Shown: positions 20,502 through 29,392 of the stretch, piece after piece
Numbering within the stretch: the stretch's first letter is position 1
Layout of the letters: each line of letters starts with the position of its first letter
From: an uncultured Planctomycetaceae bacterium
GTDB lineage: Bacteria > Planctomycetota > Planctomycetia > Planctomycetales > Planctomycetaceae
Reading direction: 5' to 3'
Assembly (NCBI GenBank): GCA_942492455.1
Contig: CALOFE010000007.1
Span: 406,958 to 470,957 of the forward strand
DNA: 64,000 nt
Notes under the pieces: generated by a model
Told to the model about the DNA's origin: nothing
The model's database searches: none
What the model saw: the letters and a program-made list of their open reading frames with translations, nothing else
Translations under genes and position numbers: made by a program

Positions 20502-21278
20502 ATGATTCGTCGAGAACAGGGCGCGGACTGGTTGATTGTTTCCCAGGTTGATCATGCGCGGTTGGCGGCCGAATTGGCCCAAGCTTGGCGGCATAACGTT
20601 GCCAGTAGTTGGGGAATCAGTGAATTGTTATTCCACGCTGTTTTGAAGCACGATGATGGGTGGCGCGCTTGGGAAACGGGGTTAGAAATCGATCCTGCTA
20701 ATGGGATTCCGCGGGACTTTACTGAAATGCCCATGGACGTTGCGGCGAGGATCTGGACATCCAGTATCGAAACGTGCGCAGCTGAGCATCCGTTGGCCGG
20801 AATTTGGGTTAGCCGCCACTTTTGCTACCTGGCCCAACATTCGCTCACCAGCCGAGCGGACAATGCAGCGGATGTCTCCGCCGCTCGGCGTTTTCTGGCT
20901 GAACAAGAACAGTCTCAACAGCATCTGCGAAGCATCGCACTGCAGGATGTGACGCCGCGGGAATTCGCAACGCTGAGCGAATTGGGATCTCGCTTTTTGC
21001 GGCTGTTCGACGGGCTGAGCTTGTGGTTGTGTTGCGCAGAGCGGTCAGAACCGTTTGAGGTTCAATGTGATGGACAATCCACGCGGTTCATTCCGTTTGA
21101 CGGTGGGCGCGTTGTGAGCGATCCCTACATGCTGACGGAGCAACCATTGCAGTTGTCCGTCCCGGCCCGGCGGATTGCGGCTCGTGTCTATGCTGACAAC
21201 AAGGAACTGAGAGCTGCGCTTGAGGCAAGTCCCGTTGAGGAGTTGTCGTGGACTTTTACAGCGCACGATCTTTCGTAA
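20502..21278 (+). CDS. DUF3891 family protein
   Basis: MIRRE, SQVDHARLAAELA, HDDGW and DGLSLWLC; GGAGGAG RBS. Confidence 0.8.
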   Translation: MIRREQGADWLIVSQVDHARLAAELAQAWRHNVASSWGISELLFHAVLKHDDGWRAWETGLEIDPANGIPRDFTEMPMDVAARIWTSSIETCAAEHPLAGIWVSRHFCYLAQHSLTSRADNAADVSAARRFLAEQEQSQQHLRSIALQDVTPREFATLSELGSRFLRLFDGLSLWLCCAERSEPFEVQCDGQSTRFIPFDGGRVVSDPYMLTEQPLQLSVPARRIAARVYADNKELRAALEASPVEELSWTFTAHDLS

Positions 21279-21285
21279 GCGCTGG

Positions 21286-21924
21286 TCAGTATGCTTGGCA
21301 AGCCATGCCGCACAAATGGTTCAGGACTTCATGCACCGTGCGCGGGTCTGTGGGTGTCTTGAGATGCTTGTCGGTGTTGATGTAATACACCGACGCGCGG
21401 GGAATGCCCGTGGGAGCGGGGTTTTTCTTACGGTACACCAAGCTGACACGGCCGACGTTGTTGGGATGAGGGTCACGCATCGTCAATCGGAACATAAAGC
21501 TATCGATGTAACAGACCCCTTCGACGCCGATGCAGTCCTTCTCCAAGGAGCACAGGGCATTATGAATAATCGTGCAGCCGGAGCTGAACCCGGTCAGCAT
21601 CACCTGAGCGTTCGGGTTGCAGCATTTGATTTCGCGAATACGGTCGGCTAACGCTTCTGAGCCTCCCCCATGGTAGTAGTTGGAAATTTCGACATTCCGA
21701 AAACCACAGGACTCCACGTATTCAGCGAAATGGTCCATACCGGCTATATCGAAGGCATCGACGGGCGAAAGCACGAAAATTGGATAAATATTATCGTAGG
21801 CGCAGGGAGGGGCCGAGCGCAGATTGACCTCCAACGGCGACTCATGGACCGTGGCGCACCCCGTGCTGCAGAGGGGGATCAGCCCGGCCAATAGAAGTAG
21901 AAGTTGTGGGGCGCGTGCAGGCAT
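21286..21924 (-). CDS. putative lipoprotein with alpha/beta-hydrolase-like core
   Basis: Lipobox-like STGC; GFSSG (GxSxG) elbow; YIDS; C-terminal His. Confidence 0.6.
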   Translation of the reverse strand: MPARAPQLLLLLAGLIPLCSTGCATVHESPLEVNLRSAPPCAYDNIYPIFVLSPVDAFDIAGMDHFAEYVESCGFRNVEISNYYHGGGSEALADRIREIKCCNPNAQVMLTGFSSGCTIIHNALCSLEKDCIGVEGVCYIDSFMFRLTMRDPHPNNVGRVSLVYRKKNPAPTGIPRASVYYINTDKHLKTPTDPRTVHEVLNHLCGMACQAY

Positions 21925-22187
21925 TGCGTTGAATTCGCCATCGTAAGTCGGTTAGGTCTTCCCTATCTCATGCGCGGGGCTAGTTTTCGTATCGGAATTC
22001 GTTGGTGTGGGATTGAACATTGGCGTCGCAGTCGATTTAATCGGCTGAACCGGAATTGTGGCCGGGGATTTGGGCGATTTAAAACGCTGTTATTGGCCGG
22101 CAACGTGCGGTTTTGCACCGCTGGGCTCTGACCGGTGTCCCGTTCGACAGATACGTTTGCAACAACAAATTAAGGAATCAATGTACG

Positions 22188-22631
22188 ATGAGTGTTGAAG
22201 AAAAGGCTGCGGAACTGGGGCTGACGTTTTCGGAGGTGGCACCGGGTTATTTGAATCTCTGCGCGCAAACCGGCAATTTGCTGATGACCTCCGGCCATGT
22301 GAGCGACCTCAAAGGCAAGTTGGGGGACGGTGTGACGGTCGAACAGGGATATGAAGCGGCCAAGGATTGCGCGATCAAAATCTTGAATTCGGTCCGCAGC
22401 CACCACGGCACGTTGAATGGTTTGAAGGTGATCAAATTGTTGGGCTGTGTGAATTCGACGTTGGATTTCACCGACCAGCACCTGGTGATCAACGGGGCCT
22501 CGGATCTGTTGCACGAACTGTACGGCAAAGAGGGGGACGGTTACCACGCCCGGAGTGCACTGGGATTCGCTGCTCTACCGACAGGGGTCGCCGTTGAAGT
22601 CGAAGCTGTTTTTGAAATCATCGAAGGGTAA
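22188..22631 (+). CDS. RidA/YjgF family protein
   Basis: GKLG, NGASDLL and HARSALG..LP.G.AVEVE. Confidence 0.92.
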   Translation: MSVEEKAAELGLTFSEVAPGYLNLCAQTGNLLMTSGHVSDLKGKLGDGVTVEQGYEAAKDCAIKILNSVRSHHGTLNGLKVIKLLGCVNSTLDFTDQHLVINGASDLLHELYGKEGDGYHARSALGFAALPTGVAVEVEAVFEIIEG

Positions 22632-22697
22632 ACAATCGCGGCGGTATTGCCGCTTGGTGTGAACTAGCGCACAAAAGGCCTCGGCTGTTCAGTGCAT

Positions 22698-22740
22698 AAA
22701 AAAACGCCGCGTGAACACTGGTTCACGCGGCGTTTGATTT
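22698..22740. terminator. bidirectional intrinsic terminator
   Basis: aaaaAAACGCCGCGTGAAC-actg-GTTCACGCGGCGTTTgattt. Confidence 0.85.
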
Positions 22741-22751
22741 GCTATTGCCAA

Positions 22752-23564
22752 TTAGCGTTTGGCGATATTGTCGGTGGAAGGCACGACGAGCCATTCCCCC
22801 TTCGCTTGCCGTGGACGCCGGATGACCCGGGCTTTGGCATAGGTCGGACGGCGGGTGAGGCGTTGGTTTTTCACCGTGGGCCGCCAAGTCACCTTGTGCA
22901 GTTCGTTGAACAAATCGGGACCGGCGTTCGCTCCATCTTTTTCAGCACCGTCGCCAGCTTCTGCGGGGTCTGTCGAGGGGAAACCAGGATTCGTATCCCC
23001 TTCTTTGATTTCAGGAGTCGGTGCTGCATCCTTGCCAGGAATCGTCTCTTCCGGCTTGTAGGCTTCAACACTTTCCGCTTCTCCGCCCGGCATGGGTGGG
23101 GAAGCTTCTGCGGGCGATTTACTTTTCCAGTCGGCGTCGGGAGTTGCTCCTTGACCGCTGTTTCCATAGGTTTGTGGGGGAACGCCCGGGTCTGGCTCCG
23201 GTGTCCGTTCGGCAGTCGCTGGAGTGGGAATGCCGCATTCGCCATTCGGACAGCCAGCGGGACCACATCCACCGGAGTCGCATGAGCTGACGCCGCAGAC
23301 TGATGTGCCGCAGGAGGAGCAGCCACTGGGGGCATAGTAGGAACTCTGCACACCACAGCCGCCGGGACCACAGGGGGACGGGGCATAGCTGGGGCTACAC
23401 ACGGGTGCACATGCCGGGGCGCATTGGTTTTTGGGGCAATGCGGGCCGAAAATGCCGTTCCAGACCCACGGAATCAATCCGGCGTTGCCAACTGACGCAG
23501 TTAATAGCAACACACATGCGGAGCAGACCAGTGTGGCGCTCCATTTCAACCCAATCCGCTTCAT
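22752..23564 (-). CDS. secreted Cys/Pro-rich low-complexity protein
   Basis: Signal peptide, 13 Cys in about 70 aa, acidic Pro-rich linker, basic C-terminus; GAGGTG RBS. Confidence 0.75.
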   Translation of the reverse strand: MKRIGLKWSATLVCSACVLLLTASVGNAGLIPWVWNGIFGPHCPKNQCAPACAPVCSPSYAPSPCGPGGCGVQSSYYAPSGCSSCGTSVCGVSSCDSGGCGPAGCPNGECGIPTPATAERTPEPDPGVPPQTYGNSGQGATPDADWKSKSPAEASPPMPGGEAESVEAYKPEETIPGKDAAPTPEIKEGDTNPGFPSTDPAEAGDGAEKDGANAGPDLFNELHKVTWRPTVKNQRLTRRPTYAKARVIRRPRQAKGEWLVVPSTDNIAKR

Positions 23565-23884
23565 CGTTAGCACCTCAATCAGCAGGGAAATCTACGAGAG
23601 AATTCGTTTTTGATGTACGGCCTTCCACGTCGAAAGTTCGGTCACGAATCTATTCCGCCGGAGGGCGACAGGACACCTCTTTCGCCGTACTTGCCTAATC
23701 TCTGTCAACTCTACCTTAGTTTTTTATATCAGACCCTGTCCGACGAATCCACCAATTTCAAGTGCTTTGCATGCACTTAGATGGTTTCCGTACCCCCTGC
23801 AGGGATAGTTCTTCCCCAGACGGTATCCCGGATATAACCGCTACTGCTTAACAGGGCGAATCGAGTCCCGTTGCGGTAAGGCTG

Positions 23885-25111
23885 CTAGTTGACGGGGGTT
23901 TCGGCGATTTCAAACGACAATGCTCGCGTTTTTTCGCCATCAGAAACTGGTTGATTCGCGGAAAGGTCGACTTCAAAGGGCCGTCCTAAGCTATTTCCGG
24001 CGAGATCTTCGAGGGTGGTCTCGACGATGACCGCAAATTTTCCGACTGGCCAGGGTTGATCGGGGAAAAACCGCCAGATGGTCTCTGCATTAGTGACTTC
24101 TATGTTGCCGACGACTTCTACGTTGTCCGTGGCGACAACGAAGATCCTGTCGAGCAGCGCACGGTCCAAGGATTCATCGAAGCGGATCACCAGTGGCCGC
24201 GTCGAATGGGCCTGCGGCGGTTCGATGTGCCAACCGTCAACCGAGGGCTGTGTTTCGTCCGGTTCCTGCACATCGAAAGGCTTGCGGAACTCCGAGCCGA
24301 GCGGGTTGCCTTGTGTATCGCACCAATCCGCATCGATCACGAGCGTATAGTGCCGGCCCGGCAGCAACGGTGGACCGACCTCTTCATGCGGTTTCAGTCC
24401 TTTTTTGATACGACCGGGGTCGAACAGCAAAGTGAACCGCGTTCGGGAATCGTCCCAGAGTTCTTGATCCAGCTCCAGAAAGGGATCGGCGATCGGCTTT
24501 TCATTTTCGTCGAGGAGATGGATATAACGATAGGAATCCCCCGCGCGCATCGGTGCGGAAAAATGCAAGTAGAACTTCAACAGGTTTTGTGGAAGCTGTT
24601 CCCGGCTGGGGAAAACTTCGGTGACCACGGTTTTGGTGGAGGATTGGTCGGTGGGCATGTCGAAGGTGCGACGCAGTTCGCCGCTGTTGTCGATGCCCGC
24701 AAACACCGCCGTGTAGGTTTGCCCTGGTTCCAAGCCATATTCGGGAGTGAACACGAGTTGCTGCTGATCAACGGCATAGGAACCGAGCATGGCGGGTTGA
24801 TCGCTGGCGATGTTTGTCCCGACATAGACCTTGAATCGTTCTCGCCAATCCTCTGCCGTAGTGTTCTCGATCTGGGTTGCGGAGAGGCCCTGGAGAGCAA
24901 AAGCGGATTGGTAATCTTCTATGGAGACCAACGCCAAATCAAACGACTTAGCAATTGGAGCAGTACTCGATGAGGTGACCGGTGTCCCGTTGGTGTGGGA
25001 ACCGGTCTCGGTCACCTTGCCGTTGCAGCCAATACAAATCGCGGCGACGAAGCAAGTCAGCCCGATTCGAATGGGGCGGCGATGCGTAGGGAAGTGAGTG
25101 CGAATTCGCAT
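23885..25111 (-). CDS. putative lipoprotein with Ig-like (Big_5-type) domains
   Basis: Lipobox-like CIGC; NLLKFYLHFSAPM, LLFDPGRIKKG, FDESLD and LEDLAGN. Confidence 0.7.
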   Translation of the reverse strand: MRIRTHFPTHRRPIRIGLTCFVAAICIGCNGKVTETGSHTNGTPVTSSSTAPIAKSFDLALVSIEDYQSAFALQGLSATQIENTTAEDWRERFKVYVGTNIASDQPAMLGSYAVDQQQLVFTPEYGLEPGQTYTAVFAGIDNSGELRRTFDMPTDQSSTKTVVTEVFPSREQLPQNLLKFYLHFSAPMRAGDSYRYIHLLDENEKPIADPFLELDQELWDDSRTRFTLLFDPGRIKKGLKPHEEVGPPLLPGRHYTLVIDADWCDTQGNPLGSEFRKPFDVQEPDETQPSVDGWHIEPPQAHSTRPLVIRFDESLDRALLDRIFVVATDNVEVVGNIEVTNAETIWRFFPDQPWPVGKFAVIVETTLEDLAGNSLGRPFEVDLSANQPVSDGEKTRALSFEIAETPVN

Positions 25112-25213
25112 GCATCCGATTCCGATGGTTCTTGCGTGAAAGTATGAGGAAACCCGGATGGTGTGGTGTGCATCCGGGTCTCCGTGCGAACTCAATAGCG
25201 GATGTCCCAAATT

Positions 25214-26329
25214 TTAGGGAAGCGGGACGGTCTTGAGATTGAACTGATTCTCGTTGGCGGGATCGACCATGAGCACGATCGCCGAGGCGTCATCCAGGCG
25301 GTCCAATTGGACGACTCCTTGGAGTTCCTCGATTGTTTCATAGGGATGCCCGGCTTTGTCCTTGACCTTTTCGTTGAGGTGTTCCGCCTTATCAATGCCT
25401 TCGGTGCTGAACTTCATCACGCCTCGAGAACTGTTGGCCATCATTACGAATCGCTGGCCATCTTGTTCATAGACGATCATGTCCAACGGGCGATTGTGGT
25501 TGCCCAATTCAGCGACGGTTTTTCCCGTGACTTTCGTGTCGGGAGTCAAACGCGAAATGGGGAACGTAACCAACGGAGTGCAGGTGTAGGAAGCGAGCAG
25601 ATGCGGTTCGCCGCCGATGTCGAACGGGACAAAGGTCCGCACGGGGGAGTGCGTTTCGATTTTTCCGTGCGAGGCATGGTAAATCTCGACGCTCGTGCCA
25701 TTGTCGACTTCAGTGAATGGAAACGCCAGCGACCGTAATTTGGAAGCGAATTCTTCGTTCGACAGTCCGGCAACGTAGACGCGGTTGTCAAAAAATGCGA
25801 TGTCGGTGATCGATTCGTTGCGATTGTTTTTCTTTCGGCCGCGCTGCGTGTATTCCTGATCCGCGGGGGGCTTGGGCAGTTCCGCCTTGGCAAAAGCAAT
25901 ATCCTTCAGCGGCACGGCGGCGACTTCGCCGGCTGCGTTGACCTTAATCAACGCAGGTTGAGGTTCGCCCACAGCGCGGGTGACGGAGAGATAGACATTG
26001 CCGCTGAGGGGATTGACAGCAACGTCATTGATTTGGATGTTTTTCCCAGTGGTTCCCAGCAGACTGCCAATTTTTTTGTTGATATTGTCGACATTGACGT
26101 CGGCCGGCTTACGCGAATCGGGGGCGTCGCCGGTGTCGATCGCGAAAATGGCTGCGGATTTCGCATCGCCAATAAACAGCACGCCATTGGGACCAAACGC
26201 CAACGGTCCGGCCGATTTGATGTCGGGTGTGCCTGATTTCAGACCGGCTGGAGACTCGGCGAGTGAGATTCCAGTCAAAAAGGTACCGCTGACCAGCACG
26301 ACCAACATAAGACACTTCTTGTTGAGCAT
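25214..26329 (-). CDS. secreted conserved hypothetical protein (probable beta-propeller)
   Basis: AAGGAG RBS, signal peptide; GPLAFGPNGVLFIGD, GLSNEEFAS, EIYHASHG..ET.SP and YTCTPLV. Confidence 0.75.
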   Translation of the reverse strand: MLNKKCLMLVVLVSGTFLTGISLAESPAGLKSGTPDIKSAGPLAFGPNGVLFIGDAKSAAIFAIDTGDAPDSRKPADVNVDNINKKIGSLLGTTGKNIQINDVAVNPLSGNVYLSVTRAVGEPQPALIKVNAAGEVAAVPLKDIAFAKAELPKPPADQEYTQRGRKKNNRNESITDIAFFDNRVYVAGLSNEEFASKLRSLAFPFTEVDNGTSVEIYHASHGKIETHSPVRTFVPFDIGGEPHLLASYTCTPLVTFPISRLTPDTKVTGKTVAELGNHNRPLDMIVYEQDGQRFVMMANSSRGVMKFSTEGIDKAEHLNEKVKDKAGHPYETIEELQGVVQLDRLDDASAIVLMVDPANENQFNLKTVPLP

Positions 26330-26651
26330 ATCCAAACTCCTTGAGCAGACGTTGTGGCTTCGAAATCCGGGGCGGCTGCGCCTCCCCCTTCGAACGCTGA
26401 TTATCCTGTCTGCAGGTGGACATTCAATCCCGAAATGAAAATTTCCCAGTCCGACGGGACGTTTTTGCGGTAGGCGAAATTGCTGGATTGATGCTGCTAG
26501 GGCAACAGCGGCTTTATCGGTTTTACATAGGAACTGTGGCGTCGGTATGGAAACCGGTGCCGATCCAGTACGATACTGCCGATATGCGACGAACAGTTGT
26601 TGTGAAATGTGTCGCAGGCTTTCTTGTGTCTGTATAAAAAAATGAGTTTCG

Positions 26652-28046
26652 GTGACTACAAATCTTCAAAACAGTCCGCTTGATTTTTCGAACATCCAGA
26701 CGGCGCGGGGACTGAGTTATCGCGTGTTGTGTGCGGGATTGGATGGCACGCAGTTCGCGTCGCGCTTGTTGGAGGATGCCTTGGGAATGGGTGACGTTTC
26801 CGGGCAGGATCGACGGTTGGCAACGGAATTGACGTATGGGGTCGTCCGCCGCGAACGGACTTTGGACGCGATCATCGAGACGTTTGTGAGCCGGGGGCGT
26901 GCCAGCGTAGAACCTGAGTTGTGGTGCCTGTTGCGGCTGGGGGCCTATCAACTTATTTTTCTCACCGGGGTTCCCACACATGCGGCCGTTAACGAAACGG
27001 TGGCCTTGGCGGGCAGTGTAGGACGCGCGCGGTGGACCGGTTTTGCAAATGGTGTATTGCGGTCGATGACCCGCGCGCTCACTGGAGAACCGGTGAACGA
27101 ACCTGGACGCCGTGCCGTGCCGCTACGGGATGGCGATTATCTGGGGTTTGATCGCGATTTGTTTGCCGATCCCCATGAGCAACCGGCGGAGTATTTTGCC
27201 GCAGCGTTTGGTTTCGGCGACTGGGCTGCGCAGCGTTGGTTGGAACGGTTCGGTTTTGAGCGGTTGTTAAAAATGGGGTTTTGGTTCAACGCCGCTGCCC
27301 TGCCCTGTCTGCGCGTGAATCTGTTGCGTGTGGATCGCGAGGTTCTGCTCGAAGACCTCTCCGCCGCCGGCGTCTCGGCAACCGAGGGGGCGCTTCCAGA
27401 ATCCGTACGTTTGGGCGAAATGGCTCGCATCACCGAGTTGCCTGGATTTCGACAAGGCTGGTTTACCGTACAGGATGAGTCCGCCATGGCGGCTGCGCGA
27501 CTTTTGAACCCGGCGCCCGGCACGCGGGTGTGGGATATGTGCGCTGCCCCGGGAGGGAAAACGACGCATTTGGCGGAGATCATGCAAAATCAGGGGACGC
27601 TGTTGGCCTCGGACATCGAGTTTCGCCGGATCATGAATGTCGAACAGACGCGCGATCGATTGGGGCTCGATATGATTTCGACACGGACGATTTACCCCGA
27701 CAGCCGTAATTTGCCCGATGGGCCGTTTGATGCGATTTTGGTTGATGCGCCCTGTTCGAATTCGGGCGTCCTGGGCAAACGTCCTGAAGCGCGGCATCGT
27801 GTGACGGCCGAAAACGTGGCGGAACTCAGTGAGTTGCAGGCACGATTGTTGGGGGCGGGCTTGGATCGGTTAACGCCGGGCGGACGATTGGTCTACTCCA
27901 CTTGTAGTATCGAACCGGAAGAGAATCGCGAGCTCGTGCTAAGCGTCTTGGCGGGTCGTAGCGACGTGAAGTTGCTGGAAGAACAAGAACACATCCCCGG
28001 CGAACCGGTCGACGGTGGTTATCAAGCGCTGCTGCAGCGGACTTGA
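26652..28046 (+). CDS. rsmB: 16S rRNA m5C967 methyltransferase RsmB (NusB-like N-domain)
   Basis: AAVNETV, VQDES, DMCAAPGGKT, DAPCS and YSTCS. Confidence 0.93.
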   Translation: MTTNLQNSPLDFSNIQTARGLSYRVLCAGLDGTQFASRLLEDALGMGDVSGQDRRLATELTYGVVRRERTLDAIIETFVSRGRASVEPELWCLLRLGAYQLIFLTGVPTHAAVNETVALAGSVGRARWTGFANGVLRSMTRALTGEPVNEPGRRAVPLRDGDYLGFDRDLFADPHEQPAEYFAAAFGFGDWAAQRWLERFGFERLLKMGFWFNAAALPCLRVNLLRVDREVLLEDLSAAGVSATEGALPESVRLGEMARITELPGFRQGWFTVQDESAMAAARLLNPAPGTRVWDMCAAPGGKTTHLAEIMQNQGTLLASDIEFRRIMNVEQTRDRLGLDMISTRTIYPDSRNLPDGPFDAILVDAPCSNSGVLGKRPEARHRVTAENVAELSELQARLLGAGLDRLTPGGRLVYSTCSIEPEENRELVLSVLAGRSDVKLLEEQEHIPGEPVDGGYQALLQRT

Positions 28047-28219
28047 AAATTGAGCGTTGATTAACCTGCCGCCGACGCGCCAGTGCTTGAGGTGATGTTG
28101 GTTGTCATCGTTCCGCAATTGACGATGGGTGTCCCCGAGCCTATAAAATAAAGGCCATATCTTGGGAACGCGCCGTCCTAATCGTTGCGAATCGCTGTAA
28201 TGATCATTGACGTGAATGA

Positions 28220-28723
28220 GTGAACACGATGGAAGTGGTTGAAAACTCGAAGACGGGCGTTTCGTATTGGAAGATTCCCCAATCGAAATTGCGGATACGC
28301 ACCGGCAACACACCGTATGGTCAGGGCGTCTTTGCCTGTGACCCCATCCCCGCCGGCACGGCATTGGGAGAGGTGCGGGGTACCATCATCAAGGGGACGG
28401 AATACCAATCGGACTACTGTATGGATCTGGGCGAAAATCAAAGCTTAGAACCGCATGCACCGTACCGATATGTCAATCATTGCTGCGAGCCAAACTGCGA
28501 GTTGTATCAGATTGATCTTGAAGATGAGTATGGCGTTGAGCATCCGATGATTGTGATCGAAGCCAGTCGCGATATTGCCGTCGACGATCAATTAACGATC
28601 GATTACGCCTGGCCGGCCGAGGAAGCGATTCCGTGCGGATGCGGAGCAGAAAGTTGCCGGGGCTACATTGTGCATCCGGACGAACGCGAGTTGGCGGTGA
28701 AACTACACAGCCGTGGAGCGTAA
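28220..28723 (+). CDS. SET-domain protein-lysine methyltransferase with post-SET Cys cluster
   Basis: GQGVFA, RYVNHCCEPN, QLTIDY and CGCGAESCRG. Confidence 0.9.
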   Translation: MNTMEVVENSKTGVSYWKIPQSKLRIRTGNTPYGQGVFACDPIPAGTALGEVRGTIIKGTEYQSDYCMDLGENQSLEPHAPYRYVNHCCEPNCELYQIDLEDEYGVEHPMIVIEASRDIAVDDQLTIDYAWPAEEAIPCGCGAESCRGYIVHPDERELAVKLHSRGA

Positions 28724-28872
28724 TCCGTTGGCGTTCATAGGATGGTCACTGATCGTCGATTTTTTCGCTGGGTTGATCGAGTTCGTTGAATTGCGTGCCT
28801 TGGTCAAACCTATTTGGCGATCGAATCCCACGAGATTGTCGCAGACTTTATTTAATGATTTGACAGGCCGAA

Positions 28873-29277
28873 ATGACCGCAAACTCGCCAACCGGGACCG
28901 TTCGCGAAATCTGGCCGCTGTTGTTCGTGCAGGACATCGTTCGGTCGCTGGAGTTTTATCGAGATCGGCTTGGCTTTGACGTTGTACAAGAGGCACAGGA
29001 CAACGGCAGGGTGTTTTGGTGCCGGCTGAAACGGGACGAAGGCTCGCTGATGCTTCAACAAGCTGAAGAGGAGGATAAACCTGGCCGTCCTGGACAGGGT
29101 GTCGTGCTTTTCTTTCTATGCGACGATGCCAACGCCATCCATTCTGACCTCGTTGCGCGAGGTCTCGATCTTCCCGAACCGCAGACCGCATACTACGGCA
29201 TGCGGCAGGTTTCCGTCCGAGATCCGGATGGATACGACCTTTGTTTTGAAAGCGTAGTCGATACGCCGACCGGATGA
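28873..29277 (+). CDS. VOC/glyoxalase (bleomycin-resistance-like) protein
   Basis: RSLEFYRDRLGF and YGMRQVSVRDPDGYDLCF. Confidence 0.9.
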   Translation: MTANSPTGTVREIWPLLFVQDIVRSLEFYRDRLGFDVVQEAQDNGRVFWCRLKRDEGSLMLQQAEEEDKPGRPGQGVVLFFLCDDANAIHSDLVARGLDLPEPQTAYYGMRQVSVRDPDGYDLCFESVVDTPTG

Positions 29278-29392
29278 TCGTGGAACTGTGATCGCAGGAC
29301 GAATTGACAAGATCTGCGTTGCCGACGATAGTTAACGGCGCAGAGTCTTACATTTGTCTTGAGGGAACCAGTTGGTGCGGAAGGGCGTCCGA

